Source: an uncultured cyanobacterium (lineage in GTDB: Bacteria > Cyanobacteriota > Cyanobacteriia > CAKZMO01). Taken from it: a DNA stretch of 64,000 bases. The stretch covers positions 192,001-256,000 of the forward strand of contig CAVRCJ010000005.1 of the NCBI GenBank assembly GCA_963719515.1, written 5' to 3'. Made by a program: the position numbers and the translations under genes. Positions 9,817 to 20,403 of the stretch are shown here, piece after piece. Position 1 is the stretch's first letter. The number at the start of each line of letters is the position of its first letter. The notes under the pieces were generated by a model that was not told the origin of the DNA, ran no database searches, and was given only the letters and a program-made list of their open reading frames with translations.

Positions 9817-10638
9817 ATGAGGTATCGTGCCGTAGTTGCTGTGCTTTTAGCACTGTGCTTGGGCCTGCTGACAGCCTGTAGCGACGGAAAGTCAGCAGAT
9901 AGCGCATTGACATATGACGACATTAGAAACACGGGTTTGGCTAACAGCTGCCCCAAGCTTTCTGAGACGAGCCGTGGCTCTATTCCCTTGGAGTCTAGCC
10001 AGAGCTACTCTTTGCAAGAGCTGTGCCTGGAGCCGACCGCGTTCTTTATTAAAGAAGAGCCTATCAGCCGGCGTCAGGAAGCTGAGTTCATCTCGGGCAA
10101 ATCCTTGACTCGCTACACATCAACGTTGGACCAAGTCAGCGGTGACCTCATCTTGGGTGAGGGAGGAAAGCTGAAGTTTGTAGAAAAAGACGGCTTCGAT
10201 TTTCAGGCCATCACGGTTCTTCTGCCCGGTGGCGAGCAAATTCCATTTTTGTTCACCATTAAAGGCCTTATGGCCGAGGCTCAGATTGGTTCTGAGGGAA
10301 TCAATACTTCAACGGATTTTGAAGGCGAGTACAAGGTTCCGTCCTACCGTACCTCAAACTTCCTAGACCCCAAGGGTCGGGGACTGGCTACGGGATACGA
10401 CAACGCAGTTGCCCTGCCTGCTAAGGGAGATCGCGAAGAACTCGCTAAGGAGAACGTGAAGCGCTTTGACCTGGGGAACGGAACCATCTCACTTCAGGTG
10501 TCTAAGGTAAACAGTGCCACAGGAGAGATCGCTGGCGTATTCGAGAGCGATCAGCCCTCAGACACCGACATGGGAGCTGATGAACCGTCTGAAGTTAAAA
10601 TTCGCGGCATATTCTACGGTCGAATTCAGTCCACTTAA
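9817..10638 (+). CDS. psbO: Photosystem II manganese-stabilising protein PsbO
   Basis: LTYDDIRNTGLANSCP, VPSYRTSNFLDPKGRG, QPSDTDMG. Confidence 0.98.
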   Translation: MRYRAVVAVLLALCLGLLTACSDGKSADSALTYDDIRNTGLANSCPKLSETSRGSIPLESSQSYSLQELCLEPTAFFIKEEPISRRQEAEFISGKSLTRYTSTLDQVSGDLILGEGGKLKFVEKDGFDFQAITVLLPGGEQIPFLFTIKGLMAEAQIGSEGINTSTDFEGEYKVPSYRTSNFLDPKGRGLATGYDNAVALPAKGDREELAKENVKRFDLGNGTISLQVSKVNSATGEIAGVFESDQPSDTDMGADEPSEVKIRGIFYGRIQST

Positions 10639-10660
10639 CCGAATCGCCATCACATAGACA

Positions 10661-10688
10661 AAAAAGGGGAGCAGCTGCTCCCCTTTTT
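10661..10688. terminator. Bidirectional intrinsic terminator between psbO and cpcF
   Basis: Perfect palindrome AAAAAGGGGAGCAG|CTGCTCCCCTTTTT between convergent genes, giving U-tracts on both strands. Confidence 0.85.
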
Positions 10689-10720
10689 GGGTTCAGTGGC
10701 GGTGCGGCTCTCTAGAACCT

Positions 10721-11344
10721 CTACGCCATAGTCAGCGTTTCTATTGCCCAAGCCGCCCGGGCTTGAACGACAGCTGCGCTGTCGGTATCGGCAGCGGCCC
10801 GGATTTTTGGAATAACCTGCGATCGCTCCTCAGAAACTGAGGCACAAAGGGACTGTAGCCCTACTACAGCGGCGTAGCGGACCACCCATTCAGAATCATT
10901 GAGTGCGCCAAGGAGGGCGGCGATCGCCTGCTGCTGTGCCGGTCTTCTTTTGTCCTCGGGCAGCAGCTGCCAGCGAAGATTTCCCAGACCGCAGGCCGCC
11001 GCACGCCGCACGCTTAGAGCAAAATCGGACTGAACTGCGTCCAACAGTACCGCCAGCGCGTCGGGGTGAGCAATGCCCGAAACCGCCCGAATAGCCCAGG
11101 CTCTCGCCCCGTAGTTGTAGCCATCGAGCTGTGTCAGCAGCGCTGGGACAGCGGGATCTCCGATAGCTACAAGTCCCTCGACAGCGGCCACCGCTGCGCC
11201 AGGATTGTTGTAGCCTAATATCTGAATCAGCGCCGGCACGCTGGCCACGTCTTGAACTTGGGAAAGCTTCCGTACGGCTGTGACCAGAGCCGCCTTCGAG
11301 TCAGCCTGCTCGACGGCTTGAATTAACGCATCGGTAGGAGACAT
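10721..11344 (-). CDS. cpcF: Phycocyanobilin lyase subunit CpcF
   Basis: HEAT-like repeats, LGYNNPGAAVAAV, LDGYNYGARAWA. Follows cpcE. Confidence 0.93.
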   Translation of the reverse strand: MSPTDALIQAVEQADSKAALVTAVRKLSQVQDVASVPALIQILGYNNPGAAVAAVEGLVAIGDPAVPALLTQLDGYNYGARAWAIRAVSGIAHPDALAVLLDAVQSDFALSVRRAAACGLGNLRWQLLPEDKRRPAQQQAIAALLGALNDSEWVVRYAAVVGLQSLCASVSEERSQVIPKIRAAADTDSAAVVQARAAWAIETLTMA

Positions 11345-11346
11345 GG

Positions 11347-12168
11347 TCAAAGTAGCTTATCCATAAGCGCCATGACGGCTTTAGCCTCTGCAGACGGTGA
11401 CCTCGCGTCTGCAGCAAGCTGGTGCTCCAATACCCCTTTAAGGGCAATGAGCTTTAGGCTATTCTCGGCGTAGGTGGCCGCGATCGCATCCGCCGCCGCC
11501 AGGTAGCCAATCGCCCCCAAATCCATCAGGGCTGAGCGCCGAAGCTGTAGTTCCGGCGCGCGTAGAGCCTCCACCAGGCGATCGCCATAGCAAGAATCTT
11601 GGGTCAGCTGATACATCGCCCGAGCCGCTGCGTACTGTATGCGGGGGGTGGGATGGGCCAAAAAAGGTAGAATAGCGTCTATTTTCTCAGTAGCATTGAG
11701 CATTCCTAGCGCCTCAATAATGGCGTCGTAGGGCTGCTTCAAATGGGGAGTACCAGGCACCAGGACAACATCGTCGGCTCCTCCGTGGAGTAGATTAGCC
11801 AGCGGCTGTACGGCGCGATTGTCTCCTAGCTCTTCTAGTGATTGAGCTGCCGCCTCTCTCACGTAATAGTCTGGGCAACCCAGGCTGTCGAGCAACAGAG
11901 GAACAGCCTGGCGATCGCCCAGCTTGCCCAGAGCCCGAGCCGCATTTCGCCGTAGTGGATAACCCCCGTCAGGGGTGCGGTTGGTCGTATCCGCCAAAGC
12001 AGTCAGCAGCGCTGCTACAGCGTCTGGCTGACTGACGCGAAAGTGACCTAGCCACCAAGCAGCGTAGTAGCGACTGCTCGGATCCTCTACTTGCGTTAGA
12101 TTAGCGATCGCTTGGGAAACAGTTAGCGTCTGCGGAGAGAGCTCCGCTTCGGTTTGACGTTCTGCCAA
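11347..12168 (-). CDS. cpcE: Phycocyanobilin lyase subunit CpcE
   Basis: RYYAAWWLG, GGYPLRRNAARALG, ENSLKLIALKG. Confidence 0.95.
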   Translation of the reverse strand: MAERQTEAELSPQTLTVSQAIANLTQVEDPSSRYYAAWWLGHFRVSQPDAVAALLTALADTTNRTPDGGYPLRRNAARALGKLGDRQAVPLLLDSLGCPDYYVREAAAQSLEELGDNRAVQPLANLLHGGADDVVLVPGTPHLKQPYDAIIEALGMLNATEKIDAILPFLAHPTPRIQYAAARAMYQLTQDSCYGDRLVEALRAPELQLRRSALMDLGAIGYLAAADAIAATYAENSLKLIALKGVLEHQLAADARSPSAEAKAVMALMDKLL

Positions 12169-12171
12169 AAC

Positions 12172-12495
12172 CTATTCGGCACCCACAGACTTGGGCTTTC
12201 CGTCGGCCTGAAGATTTTGGTTGGCAGCCGTAGCCTGCGCTTTAACCTCGCTGCTGGCCTCTGAGCCTAGCTGCTCGATGCTGACGATCTTGCCGCCCAT
12301 CCGATTGATGCGCTTCATTTGCTCGCTCAGACGGCTGTACGGAATTGAGAGGTAAACTTTGCCCGTGCTGCGAATGGGGTAGCTAATGCGGTTAGGATTG
12401 ACGTTTTGGCCCATGCCCTCCACTTCAACGCGGTACATGCGGCTTCCATTCTGACTGGGGCTAGTGCTGCTGACAGCGCAACTTTGTCCAAACAT
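12172..12495 (-). CDS. cpcD: Phycobilisome rod-capping linker CpcD
   Basis: CpcD domain (SRMYRVEV...PYSRLSEQMKRINRMGGKIVSI), positioned after cpcC. Confidence 0.9.
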   Translation of the reverse strand: MFGQSCAVSSTSPSQNGSRMYRVEVEGMGQNVNPNRISYPIRSTGKVYLSIPYSRLSEQMKRINRMGGKIVSIEQLGSEASSEVKAQATAANQNLQADGKPKSVGAE

Positions 12496-12649
12496 GGGTT
12501 ACTTCCTTAAAGAGAATAGCTTAACAATGGAAATTAGGCTCAATGCGACCTGTGGAAGGAACGAAAGCTCCCAACGGCAAACGATATAGTCGCTAGCGTA
12601 AGGAGCTTTCATTGCGGGCGTTATCCCGCCACAATCTGAAGACAGAGAG

Positions 12650-13513
12650 CTAAGCGGGACGAACGCTCTTGATTTTGGCGCCGCTGCGCAAAATCTGCTG
12701 CATCCGGTTGGATAGCTGCTCGTAAGGAACAAGATAGGCCTTGTTCGACTGACGAACCTTTGGGTCAAGCAGCGACGAGCCGATGCGTCCTGTAACCTCA
12801 ACGCGGTACATTCGCGCGCTTTGGTTACCGATACCGCCAAACGCCTTCTTGGGCGTATTTAGCTTAGAGTCGCGCTTGTCCGACGGGCTATCAATGCTAG
12901 AAGCTTGGTTACGCGCAACTTCGGAAAAGAGATGACCATTACGGCCAACCACCTGTCCACGGTCGTTGTTTGCGTAGCCCCGATAGAGCTGAAACATGCG
13001 GCTAAAGCCAACGGTGCGAGAGCCGGCATCAACCCCGAACCCAACGAAGTAGGGAACGATGTTGTCGCCAAACTTGTTGGAGTACTCCTCACTTTCAAAG
13101 TAGGAGTTAATTTCAGCGTCATATCCGTCATCTTCAATCATGCGGGTATGCTTAGCGACTTCAGCTTCATCGTGGGGAGGTCGCCCCAAGATGTGCTTAA
13201 AGTTCAGCTCCACAAGGCGCTGATTGTTGTTGGGATAGAAAAACTTCGACTTGTAGAGTTCGGACAATGCGATCGCCCGAACAAAATCGCGTACCGTAAT
13301 GTTGCCCTGCCGCAGCAGAGACTCAATAGAAATCAGCCGCTCGGACTTCATGATGTAATCATTGCCGAGGACTTGCCGATAGGCTGCCTTGATAACGGAC
13401 TGTAGGTCGGACTCGGTCCAATCTGGACGAAGCTCTACCTTTGTGCCGTCAAACGCATCAAGACCCAGACGACCAGCGGCCTGCAAATTGGATGCTACTA
13501 ATGTAGTTGCCAC
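12650..13513 (-). CDS. cpcC: Phycocyanin rod linker CpcC
   Basis: [28 protein letters not shown]-terminal CpcD-like domain. GTG start at 13513. Confidence 0.95.
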   Translation of the reverse strand: MATTLVASNLQAAGRLGLDAFDGTKVELRPDWTESDLQSVIKAAYRQVLGNDYIMKSERLISIESLLRQGNITVRDFVRAIALSELYKSKFFYPNNNQRLVELNFKHILGRPPHDEAEVAKHTRMIEDDGYDAEINSYFESEEYSNKFGDNIVPYFVGFGVDAGSRTVGFSRMFQLYRGYANNDRGQVVGRNGHLFSEVARNQASSIDSPSDKRDSKLNTPKKAFGGIGNQSARMYRVEVTGRIGSSLLDPKVRQSNKAYLVPYEQLSNRMQQILRSGAKIKSVRPA

Positions 13514-13645
13514 AATTCCCCCATATGGATGTGGATTAAAACGGTGATGAATAAGGTAATTAAAAACACTGCCCGGAAAAATTGACAACCGCTAGCTCAA
13601 TTGCCAGCAATCGCTAATTCCTCCGGGCAGCAGTTCCTAACTGGA

Positions 13646-14134
13646 CTAGCTCAGCGCGTTGATGGCGTAGTCGAGGTAGGAGTTAGCTTCGGTTGCTGAG
13701 TCACCAGATAGACCGTGATTGGCCTTGATATTCTTCAGCGCTTCGATGTACCAGCTAGGGGATAGATCGAACGTGCGGTTGATCTCGTCGATACCGGCAA
13801 CAAGATACTCATCCATAGGACCAGTACCACCAGCAACGCAGCAGTAGGTCACCATGCGGAGGTAGTAGCCGATGTCACGAGCACACTTTTGCTTGCCGCG
13901 CTCGTCAGCTGCGTACTGAGGTCCCTGCATCTGGGTTGTGTAGGGAAACTTGCTGTACACAGCTTTAGCTGCGCCTTCGATCAGCTGATCTTTCTTAGCG
14001 CTGAGCTGCTTAGCGGCTTCGAGGCTAGCTTGAGCCTGATTGAAGCGGCCAAATGCAGTCTGCACCTCGGTGCTAGATAGAAAACGGCCTTGAGAATCTG
14101 CAGCAGCAACTGCTTCAGTTAGCGGAGTCTTCAT
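13646..14134 (-). CDS. cpcA: C-phycocyanin alpha subunit
   Basis: [30 protein letters not shown]. Confidence 0.99.
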   Translation of the reverse strand: MKTPLTEAVAAADSQGRFLSSTEVQTAFGRFNQAQASLEAAKQLSAKKDQLIEGAAKAVYSKFPYTTQMQGPQYAADERGKQKCARDIGYYLRMVTYCCVAGGTGPMDEYLVAGIDEINRTFDLSPSWYIEALKNIKANHGLSGDSATEANSYLDYAINALS

Positions 14135-14201
14135 TGTCTTAATATCTCCTTAAGGGTATTGCAACGGTTAAGTATTAAAAGGTGTCCAAACAGACGGAGG
14201 A

Positions 14202-14720
14202 CTAGGATACTGCGGAAGCAGCCTGGTCGAAGTAGCTAGAAATCTCCGACATGATGGAGCTGCAGTCACCAGAAGTAATGCCGTTGGGGTCGCCAACGAT
14301 CTTCAGGGCTGCATCCTTCATCTTCTGAACGCCCGTTGAAACGGAAGCACCAGGAGTACCTAGAGCAACGTAGGTCTCGCGAAGACCATTGAGGCAACGA
14401 TCGTTGAGTACGCTGGAGTCGCCGCTGAAGATGGCGTAGGTGATGTAGCGCAGGATGATTTCCATATCGCGCAGGCAGGCAGCCATGCGGCGGCTGGTGT
14501 AAGCGTTACCACCAGGAGCGATAAGCTGAGGTTGCTCAGCGAACAGCTCGCGAGCAGCATCAGAGACAATGGCGGATGCATTGCTAGTGATGCGGTTTAC
14601 GGAATCCAGACGCTTGTTGCTCTCAGAAACCATTTGGTTTAGGGCATCGAGCTGGGAATCAGAGAGATACTCGCCGCGAGTATCTGCTTGGGAAACGACT
14701 TTAGTGAATGCGTCAAACAT
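14202..14720 (-). CDS. cpcB: C-phycocyanin beta subunit
   Basis: [29 protein letters not shown]. Start is ATG 14720, not 14831. Confidence 0.99.
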   Translation of the reverse strand: MFDAFTKVVSQADTRGEYLSDSQLDALNQMVSESNKRLDSVNRITSNASAIVSDAARELFAEQPQLIAPGGNAYTSRRMAACLRDMEIILRYITYAIFSGDSSVLNDRCLNGLRETYVALGTPGASVSTGVQKMKDAALKIVGDPNGITSGDCSSIMSEISSYFDQAASAVS

Positions 14721-15042
14721 TGACTGAACACTCCTAGATTTGATCAAGTTGGGTTTGTAAAACGTGTGGTGTGAAGACAGAGGCTCCGTAGCCCAAACCA
14801 ATGCCCTAGACATCGGCTTTGTCTTCCCCACAAAGGTCTGCGCAGTGAGCCACAGACCTAAAGGGAAAGCAACAATTCAGAATTGCGCCGTAGCCGTTGA
14901 GACAGTCTCAGCCTACCCAATCTGAAACTCAGAATCCACGAGAAACCTGAGAATCATCTAGGACAAGATGAGAAGCATACGAAACCTGGCATCTAGAGCA
15001 CCAAAGCGGCTTCAGGTCTCTCAACAACCCCCTCCAGAATTC

Positions 15043-15115
15043 TTTATACACTGTTGTAGAGTAGTTATTTTTTACGAATTGTAAAGAGTTGATGCAATTG
15101 TAAACAAGTGTGACA
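15043..15115 (-). promoter_or_regulatory. Probable cpcBA promoter region with TTTACAAT half-sites (RpaB/HLR1-like)
   Basis: AT-rich block ~320 bp upstream of cpcB with GTATAA on the minus strand and two TTTACAAT octamers (15078-15085, 15097-15104). Spacing is not the canonical HLR1 spacing. Confidence 0.4.
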
Positions 15116-15596
15116 TTACGGCTGAAACTTGTTCTCGAGTGGGTGTTTGGTGGTAATCGAATCTGCGTATTTTGGCCTAAGCTGCGCCTGAACTCGCACG
15201 AACTCCACTCGAACTGCGCCCAAATGATTCATCAGATCGAAATGATTTTTAATATTCTGTCTACGCAGAATGGCGTTGCGCTTTGTATAGCTTTCTATAT
15301 CGAGTGAAAATCTTTTTGGCCGCTCCCATCGAGCGCTATGCCAAAGCTGCGTTGAAGCGATCGCTTTATTCTCCTGTCATCAGCGCTGCGGGTCAGAGTC
15401 TAGCCCAAAGGTTGCTGAGGATACCCCCATCGCCGATCGAGTCCGCTTCGCTTAGGGTCACGCCCTATGAGCATTGTCATTCCTCTCTAGAGTAGCTAAC
15501 ATTAAGAATATTAAAATCATGGTGTAACTACATCGATATTGTGCAGTTGTGCCGCTTTCACGTCCAAGCCGTAGATTTCGTGGAGATGCTAGTCCA

Positions 15597-16136
15597 GTGA
15601 CCCTATCGCTTAAGCCATCGCTATCCAAAAGTGAGCAGCTGATTACGTCATTCTTTGAGCGAACTCAGGGACAGTGGCGGTCTGAGCGGCGTTACTACAC
15701 GCTTCCTGATGGGGAGGTCAAAGAGATTGTTAGCTCGATTGTGGTGCGTTTTTTGCAGCCGGGAGCACCAGAGCTTCTCGAACTAGCGCAGCGCCATCAG
15801 CTCCCGGACGCTCAGAAGATGGTTTGTGGAACTTGGGTGAGCTGGGACAGCGCGGATTCGGTTTCAGGTAAAAAGCAGTCCAGGGGAAGCACCATGTTTG
15901 GCGCGCTGGGGACTATCCTCTACCGCGATCGCGGCTTTGCAACGCCCAAGCCGGTTACCGCTGACTTTTACTTCAACGATCCGAAAACTTTGTGTTTGAA
16001 GACTGAGTACAACGATTCTATCTTTGAAGAGGAACTCAAGCTTGTGGGCGATCGCTACCGAACGCGCCAGACCATCATCTCCCGAGCTGGCGAGCAGCAG
16101 ATGATTGGGCAGTATCTGGAAACCCGCATAGATTAG
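15597..16136 (+). CDS. CpcS/CpeS-family phycobiliprotein lyase
   Basis: FFERTQGQWRSERRYY, LYRDRGFAT, EEELKL..RYRTRQTI. Divergent from cpcB. Confidence 0.85.
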   Translation: MTLSLKPSLSKSEQLITSFFERTQGQWRSERRYYTLPDGEVKEIVSSIVVRFLQPGAPELLELAQRHQLPDAQKMVCGTWVSWDSADSVSGKKQSRGSTMFGALGTILYRDRGFATPKPVTADFYFNDPKTLCLKTEYNDSIFEEELKLVGDRYRTRQTIISRAGEQQMIGQYLETRID

Positions 16137-16293
16137 TAGTGAGAATAGCGATCGCTGGCCCACTGAAACCCCGCGCTGCCGCGAGCATTGCCGCTGTACT
16201 GCCTATGTGTTCGTAGCAGCTTCCTTTGCCTCCCGTTCTCCTCCAAAGTCAGGTATGTGAGAATAGGCAGACTGTTTTAGGAGGTGTGGCGTC

Positions 16294-17475
16294 ATGGTTA
16301 CAGCACAGCATCAAAAATATGCCACTAGAACGTCGTGGTGTGAGGTTTCTCAATCAGCCATCAAAGCCAACGTTGCTGCGCTGCGACAGCGAATAGGGCC
16401 AAGCGTCAAACTCGGGATAGTGGTTAAAGCAGACGCCTTTGGTCACGGCTTGGTCCCCTGTGCCGGCGCGTTCGTAGAGGCTGGCGCAGATTGGCTGATC
16501 GTCAACTTTGCCTACGAGGCCGCCGCCATTCGTAAAGCAGGGGTCGATGCACCTATTTACGTTTGTGGACACGTCCTGCCGTCCCAGGCCCATATCATTG
16601 CCGAGACAGGGGCCCGGATTGTTTTGTACGACGCTGAAGTTGCGCGGGCGATCGCGGCGGCAGCAAAAGCGGCTGGCAGAACTGTTCCGGTCCATCTAAA
16701 AATAGAAACCGGGACGCACCGACAAGGGTTGACCCTCAAGAACGCCCTTGATCTTGCCCGCTACATTGAACCTCTAGAGGGCATTGTCTTGGAGGGCGTC
16801 ACGACCCACTACGCCGACATTGAGGACACCACCGACCATCGCTTCGCCCATCATCAGCTCACGCAGCTGCTGGAGGCACAGTCGGCATTCCTAAACGCCG
16901 GCTTAGCGCTACCTATGGTCCATTCTGCTAACTCCGCAGCCACCATCTTGTGGCCAGAGACCCACGGCTCGCTGGTCCGCGTCGGTATTGCGGCCTATGG
17001 ACTCTGGCCCTCTACCGAAACCTACGCCACGGTGCTACAAACGGCCGGCTCGCCTAGCGGCTTTTTACCCCATCTTCAGCCCGTTCTAGCCTGGAAAACT
17101 CATATTGCTCAAGTCAAGTCTGTTCCGGCGGGAGGTTACGTGAGCTATGGCCGTACGTTTCGTGCGCCCTACGCTATGAAGATTGCAGTTTTGCCCCTGG
17201 GATATCACGAAGGCTACGATCGCCGCCTGTCAAATCTGGGATATGCGCTGATTCAAGGGCAGCGGGCCCCTATTTGTGGGCGTGTCTGCATGAACATGGT
17301 GATGGTCGATGTGACCCATCTTACTGGCGTGTCGAAGGCGTCAACGGTAACGCTTCTGGGAAGAGACGAAGACGAAGCGATCAGCGCAGAGCAGCTGGCG
17401 ACCTGGATGGGGACAATCAATTACGAAGTTGTTTCTCGAATTCACCCGTCGCAGCACCGCTATTTAGTGGCCTAG
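16294..17475 (+). CDS. alr: Alanine racemase
   Basis: VVKADAFGHG (PLP Lys), HLKIETG, HSANSAA, VSYG (Tyr base), GRVCMN, GTINYE. Confidence 0.92.
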   Translation: MVTAQHQKYATRTSWCEVSQSAIKANVAALRQRIGPSVKLGIVVKADAFGHGLVPCAGAFVEAGADWLIVNFAYEAAAIRKAGVDAPIYVCGHVLPSQAHIIAETGARIVLYDAEVARAIAAAAKAAGRTVPVHLKIETGTHRQGLTLKNALDLARYIEPLEGIVLEGVTTHYADIEDTTDHRFAHHQLTQLLEAQSAFLNAGLALPMVHSANSAATILWPETHGSLVRVGIAAYGLWPSTETYATVLQTAGSPSGFLPHLQPVLAWKTHIAQVKSVPAGGYVSYGRTFRAPYAMKIAVLPLGYHEGYDRRLSNLGYALIQGQRAPICGRVCMNMVMVDVTHLTGVSKASTVTLLGRDEDEAISAEQLATWMGTINYEVVSRIHPSQHRYLVA

Positions 17476-18019
17476 AACCGCCATTTGGTGGCTTAGAGTG
17501 AGCCTTGTAGGTCTGGTCCCACAGAATCTCGCCGGGCACTGCAGGACTAAAGCGGCGCCACGCAGGTATCAGTATTGCGGAGTGAAGCAGCCTGGAGCTC
17601 GGCTTTGAACGATAGGCAGTGAGAGTGTCTTAAGAGGTGATAGGTCACTGAGAGCGTCGTCACCGTAGTGACAACCGCGACTAGGGTAACGGCAATATGC
17701 TGTTGGGTAGCTGACCTGACCATAGGGCTGGACTCCTGATGCGGGTGAGTGCGGATGTCGTACTACAGCTAAGGTGCCCGCGATGAGATTGAGGATCACA
17801 ACCTCAAAAGTTTTTATACCGACCTTACTGAAAGCCCACCAGCACCATAGCCCTCCCATAGCCGCCCTCAGAGCGCCCTAGAATGTCCCCAGAGTGCCCC
17901 AGAGTGTTCCGCAGTGGGCTTCAACTCCCTCTCACCCGACCCTTCAGCATTATGTGGAAGGGCAGTCGACCGCCTACAATGATGAAACTTAGCGTGACTT
18001 AGCGACTCTCTTCCTACCC

Positions 18020-18943
18020 ATGTCTACAAAGCAGGTCTCTGGCCCGCGAGCGCAGGCTACCGAAACACCTAACCTGTGGCTTGCCGCAATCAAGCCACCG
18101 ATGTATAGCGTGGCCGTCATTCCTATCTGGGTCGGCTCTGCCGTCGCCTGGGGGCAAACAGGGCAGCTCAACTGGGGTACTTTCGATACATTTCTCGCCT
18201 CGGCGATCGCGATTGTGGCCTGGCTCAACCTCAGCAACGACGTTTTTGACGCCGACACCGGAATCGACCGCAACAAGGCCCACTCCCTCGTCAACCTCAC
18301 CCACAGCAGGTCACTCATCTTCTGGATTGCTAACTATTTACTGGGGCTGGGACTATTGGGCATTGCGGCGATCGCCTGGTGGCAGCGGGATATTACCATC
18401 CTTGCCATTGTGGCGGTCTGCTGCGGGTTGGGGTACAGCTACCAGGGTCCGCCGTTCCGACTAGGCTACCAAGGTTGGGGAGAGCCAATTTGCTGGGTAA
18501 CATTTGGTCCACTCGCCGTTTCGGCGGCCTACTACAGCCAAACTCAAACTTGGGGATGGACGCCCTTAGCCGCATCCGCCATCGTCGGTATCAGCACCAG
18601 CTTGATTTTATTTTGCTCGCACTTTCATCAAATCGAAGACGACGCTGCCGCCGGAAAGCGATCGCCCATTGTGAGGCTGGGGACCGCGCGGGGAGCCGCG
18701 TTGGTTCCTTGGTCTAGCGGTAGCATATTTGGCGCTGCCCTAGTCTGCGCTGGGCTAGGGCTATTCCCGCTGCCTACGTTGATTGTGATGGCGAGTGCGC
18801 CAATTGCCTACCAACTCTCTCGCTACATCCAGCGCTATCACAGCTGCCCCGACCGCGTCAGCAACGCTAAGTTCATTGCCGTAGCGCTGCAGTTCTGGAG
18901 TGGATTACTGCTGGGTATCGGCTTTCTGTTGCCGATGGTCTAG
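18020..18943 (+). CDS. menA: 1,4-dihydroxy-2-naphthoate phytyltransferase
   Basis: AAIKPPMYSVA, NLSNDVFDADTGID, YQGPPFRLGY. Confidence 0.93.
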   Translation: MSTKQVSGPRAQATETPNLWLAAIKPPMYSVAVIPIWVGSAVAWGQTGQLNWGTFDTFLASAIAIVAWLNLSNDVFDADTGIDRNKAHSLVNLTHSRSLIFWIANYLLGLGLLGIAAIAWWQRDITILAIVAVCCGLGYSYQGPPFRLGYQGWGEPICWVTFGPLAVSAAYYSQTQTWGWTPLAASAIVGISTSLILFCSHFHQIEDDAAAGKRSPIVRLGTARGAALVPWSSGSIFGAALVCAGLGLFPLPTLIVMASAPIAYQLSRYIQRYHSCPDRVSNAKFIAVALQFWSGLLLGIGFLLPMV

Positions 18944-19387
18944 ACCTTGACTGCCGCTTCAGCACCGCTTACAAATCTTCGCATCAAAAGTTTTGCATTA
19001 GAGTATTCAGCTGCGGAGGGGTAACAATTCCTGGTAAATTCAGAAGTGCCGCCAGCGCGTCACACTTCTGGGGTCTGTTATGGGGCTTTCACCTATGGGA
19101 CTTTCACCGACGCTTGTGGTTATGACCTGCGTTCTAGCAGCAGGGCCGTGAGGATAGGTTAAATGACAAGAGTTTTTACAGTAATGGCAATCGCCTAGGG
19201 GTCAGCTTACGCATCAACCTAGCTTTGATTTCGCACTACCTGACCCAGCGGTCTACTTCAGTTCATGATTCTTATTGAATTTTTGCCACGAAACGGTTTT
19301 AGAGTCGTGACACGGCTACATTAAGACGTCAGTGGTGGGTCTCGCAGCATATGTTACTGAAGAAATTGTTTTTCTGGCTTACTCACT

Positions 19388-20365
19388 ATGTCTGACCTCC
19401 CCTTCACCCTAGACCAGCTCCGTATTCTTAGAGCCATTGCGGCTGAAGGGAGTTTTAAGCGTGCTGCAGATAGCTTATACGTCTCACAGCCTGCCGTCAG
19501 CCTTCAGGTTCAAAATCTAGAGCGCCAGCTTGACGTCCCTCTGTTCGATCGGGGAGGACGGCGCGCTCAGCTGACGGAAGCGGGGCATCTGTTGCTGAGG
19601 TACGGCGATCGCATTCTGTCGCTCTGCCAGGAAACCTGCCGCGCTATCGAGGATCTGCAAAATCTACAGGGAGGCACGCTGATTATTGGGGCGAGCCAAA
19701 CCACCGGCACTTATCTCCTGCCCCGCATGATCGGTCGCTTTAGGCAGACCTACTCAGACGTCGCGGTACAGCTGCACGTCCACTCCACTCGCCGCACGGC
19801 CTGGAGCGTCGCCAATGGTCAAATTGACTTGGCCATTATAGGTGGGGAAGTGCCGCCAGAGCTGCAGGACCCGCTGGATATCTCTCCCTATGCCGAGGAT
19901 GAGCTAGCGCTCATTCTGCCTGCGTTCCATCCCCTGTCCCGCAGCGCCACAATCCAGAAGGACGACCTCTACAAACTGAAGTTCATTGCCCTCGATTCTC
20001 AGTCAACAATTCGTAAAGTGATTGATAAAGTGCTGAGCCGTAGCGGTATCGAAACGAGACGCCTGAAAATCGAGATGGAGCTCAATTCGATTGAAGCCAT
20101 CAAAAACGCTGTACAGTCAGGCTTAGGGGCGTCGTTCGTGTCAATCTCAGCAATTGAAAAGGAGCTACAGATGGGCGTACTGCACCGCGCCAAGATCGAG
20201 GGTCTAGTGGTTACTCGCGTTCTCTCAGTGATTATCAACCCAAACCGCTACCTTTCTAAAGCCGCCGAAGCCTTTGTCAAAGAGATTTTGCCGCAGTTCT
20301 CCAAGCCAACGACCGGCGATGCCGCTAGGCAGCCCGTTGCCGGAACTGCCGAAACGCTTTCGTAG
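19388..20365 (+). CDS. rbcR: LysR regulator RbcR/Ycf30
   Basis: [11 protein letters not shown]...[19 protein letters not shown], the Ycf30-type N-terminus. Confidence 0.88.
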   Translation: MSDLPFTLDQLRILRAIAAEGSFKRAADSLYVSQPAVSLQVQNLERQLDVPLFDRGGRRAQLTEAGHLLLRYGDRILSLCQETCRAIEDLQNLQGGTLIIGASQTTGTYLLPRMIGRFRQTYSDVAVQLHVHSTRRTAWSVANGQIDLAIIGGEVPPELQDPLDISPYAEDELALILPAFHPLSRSATIQKDDLYKLKFIALDSQSTIRKVIDKVLSRSGIETRRLKIEMELNSIEAIKNAVQSGLGASFVSISAIEKELQMGVLHRAKIEGLVVTRVLSVIINPNRYLSKAAEAFVKEILPQFSKPTTGDAARQPVAGTAETLS

Positions 20366-20403
20366 CAGGCGGCCTGTGGCTGCGGCTCTTGTGCGATTTG
20401 GTG

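Noticed and set aside
18978..18986. TTCGCATCA matching the start of the predicted TnpB guide, upstream of rbcR
   Set aside because: Only 9 nt and not preceded by the predicted TAM, so compatible with chance. TnpB is also catalytically intact, not a TldR-type repressor.
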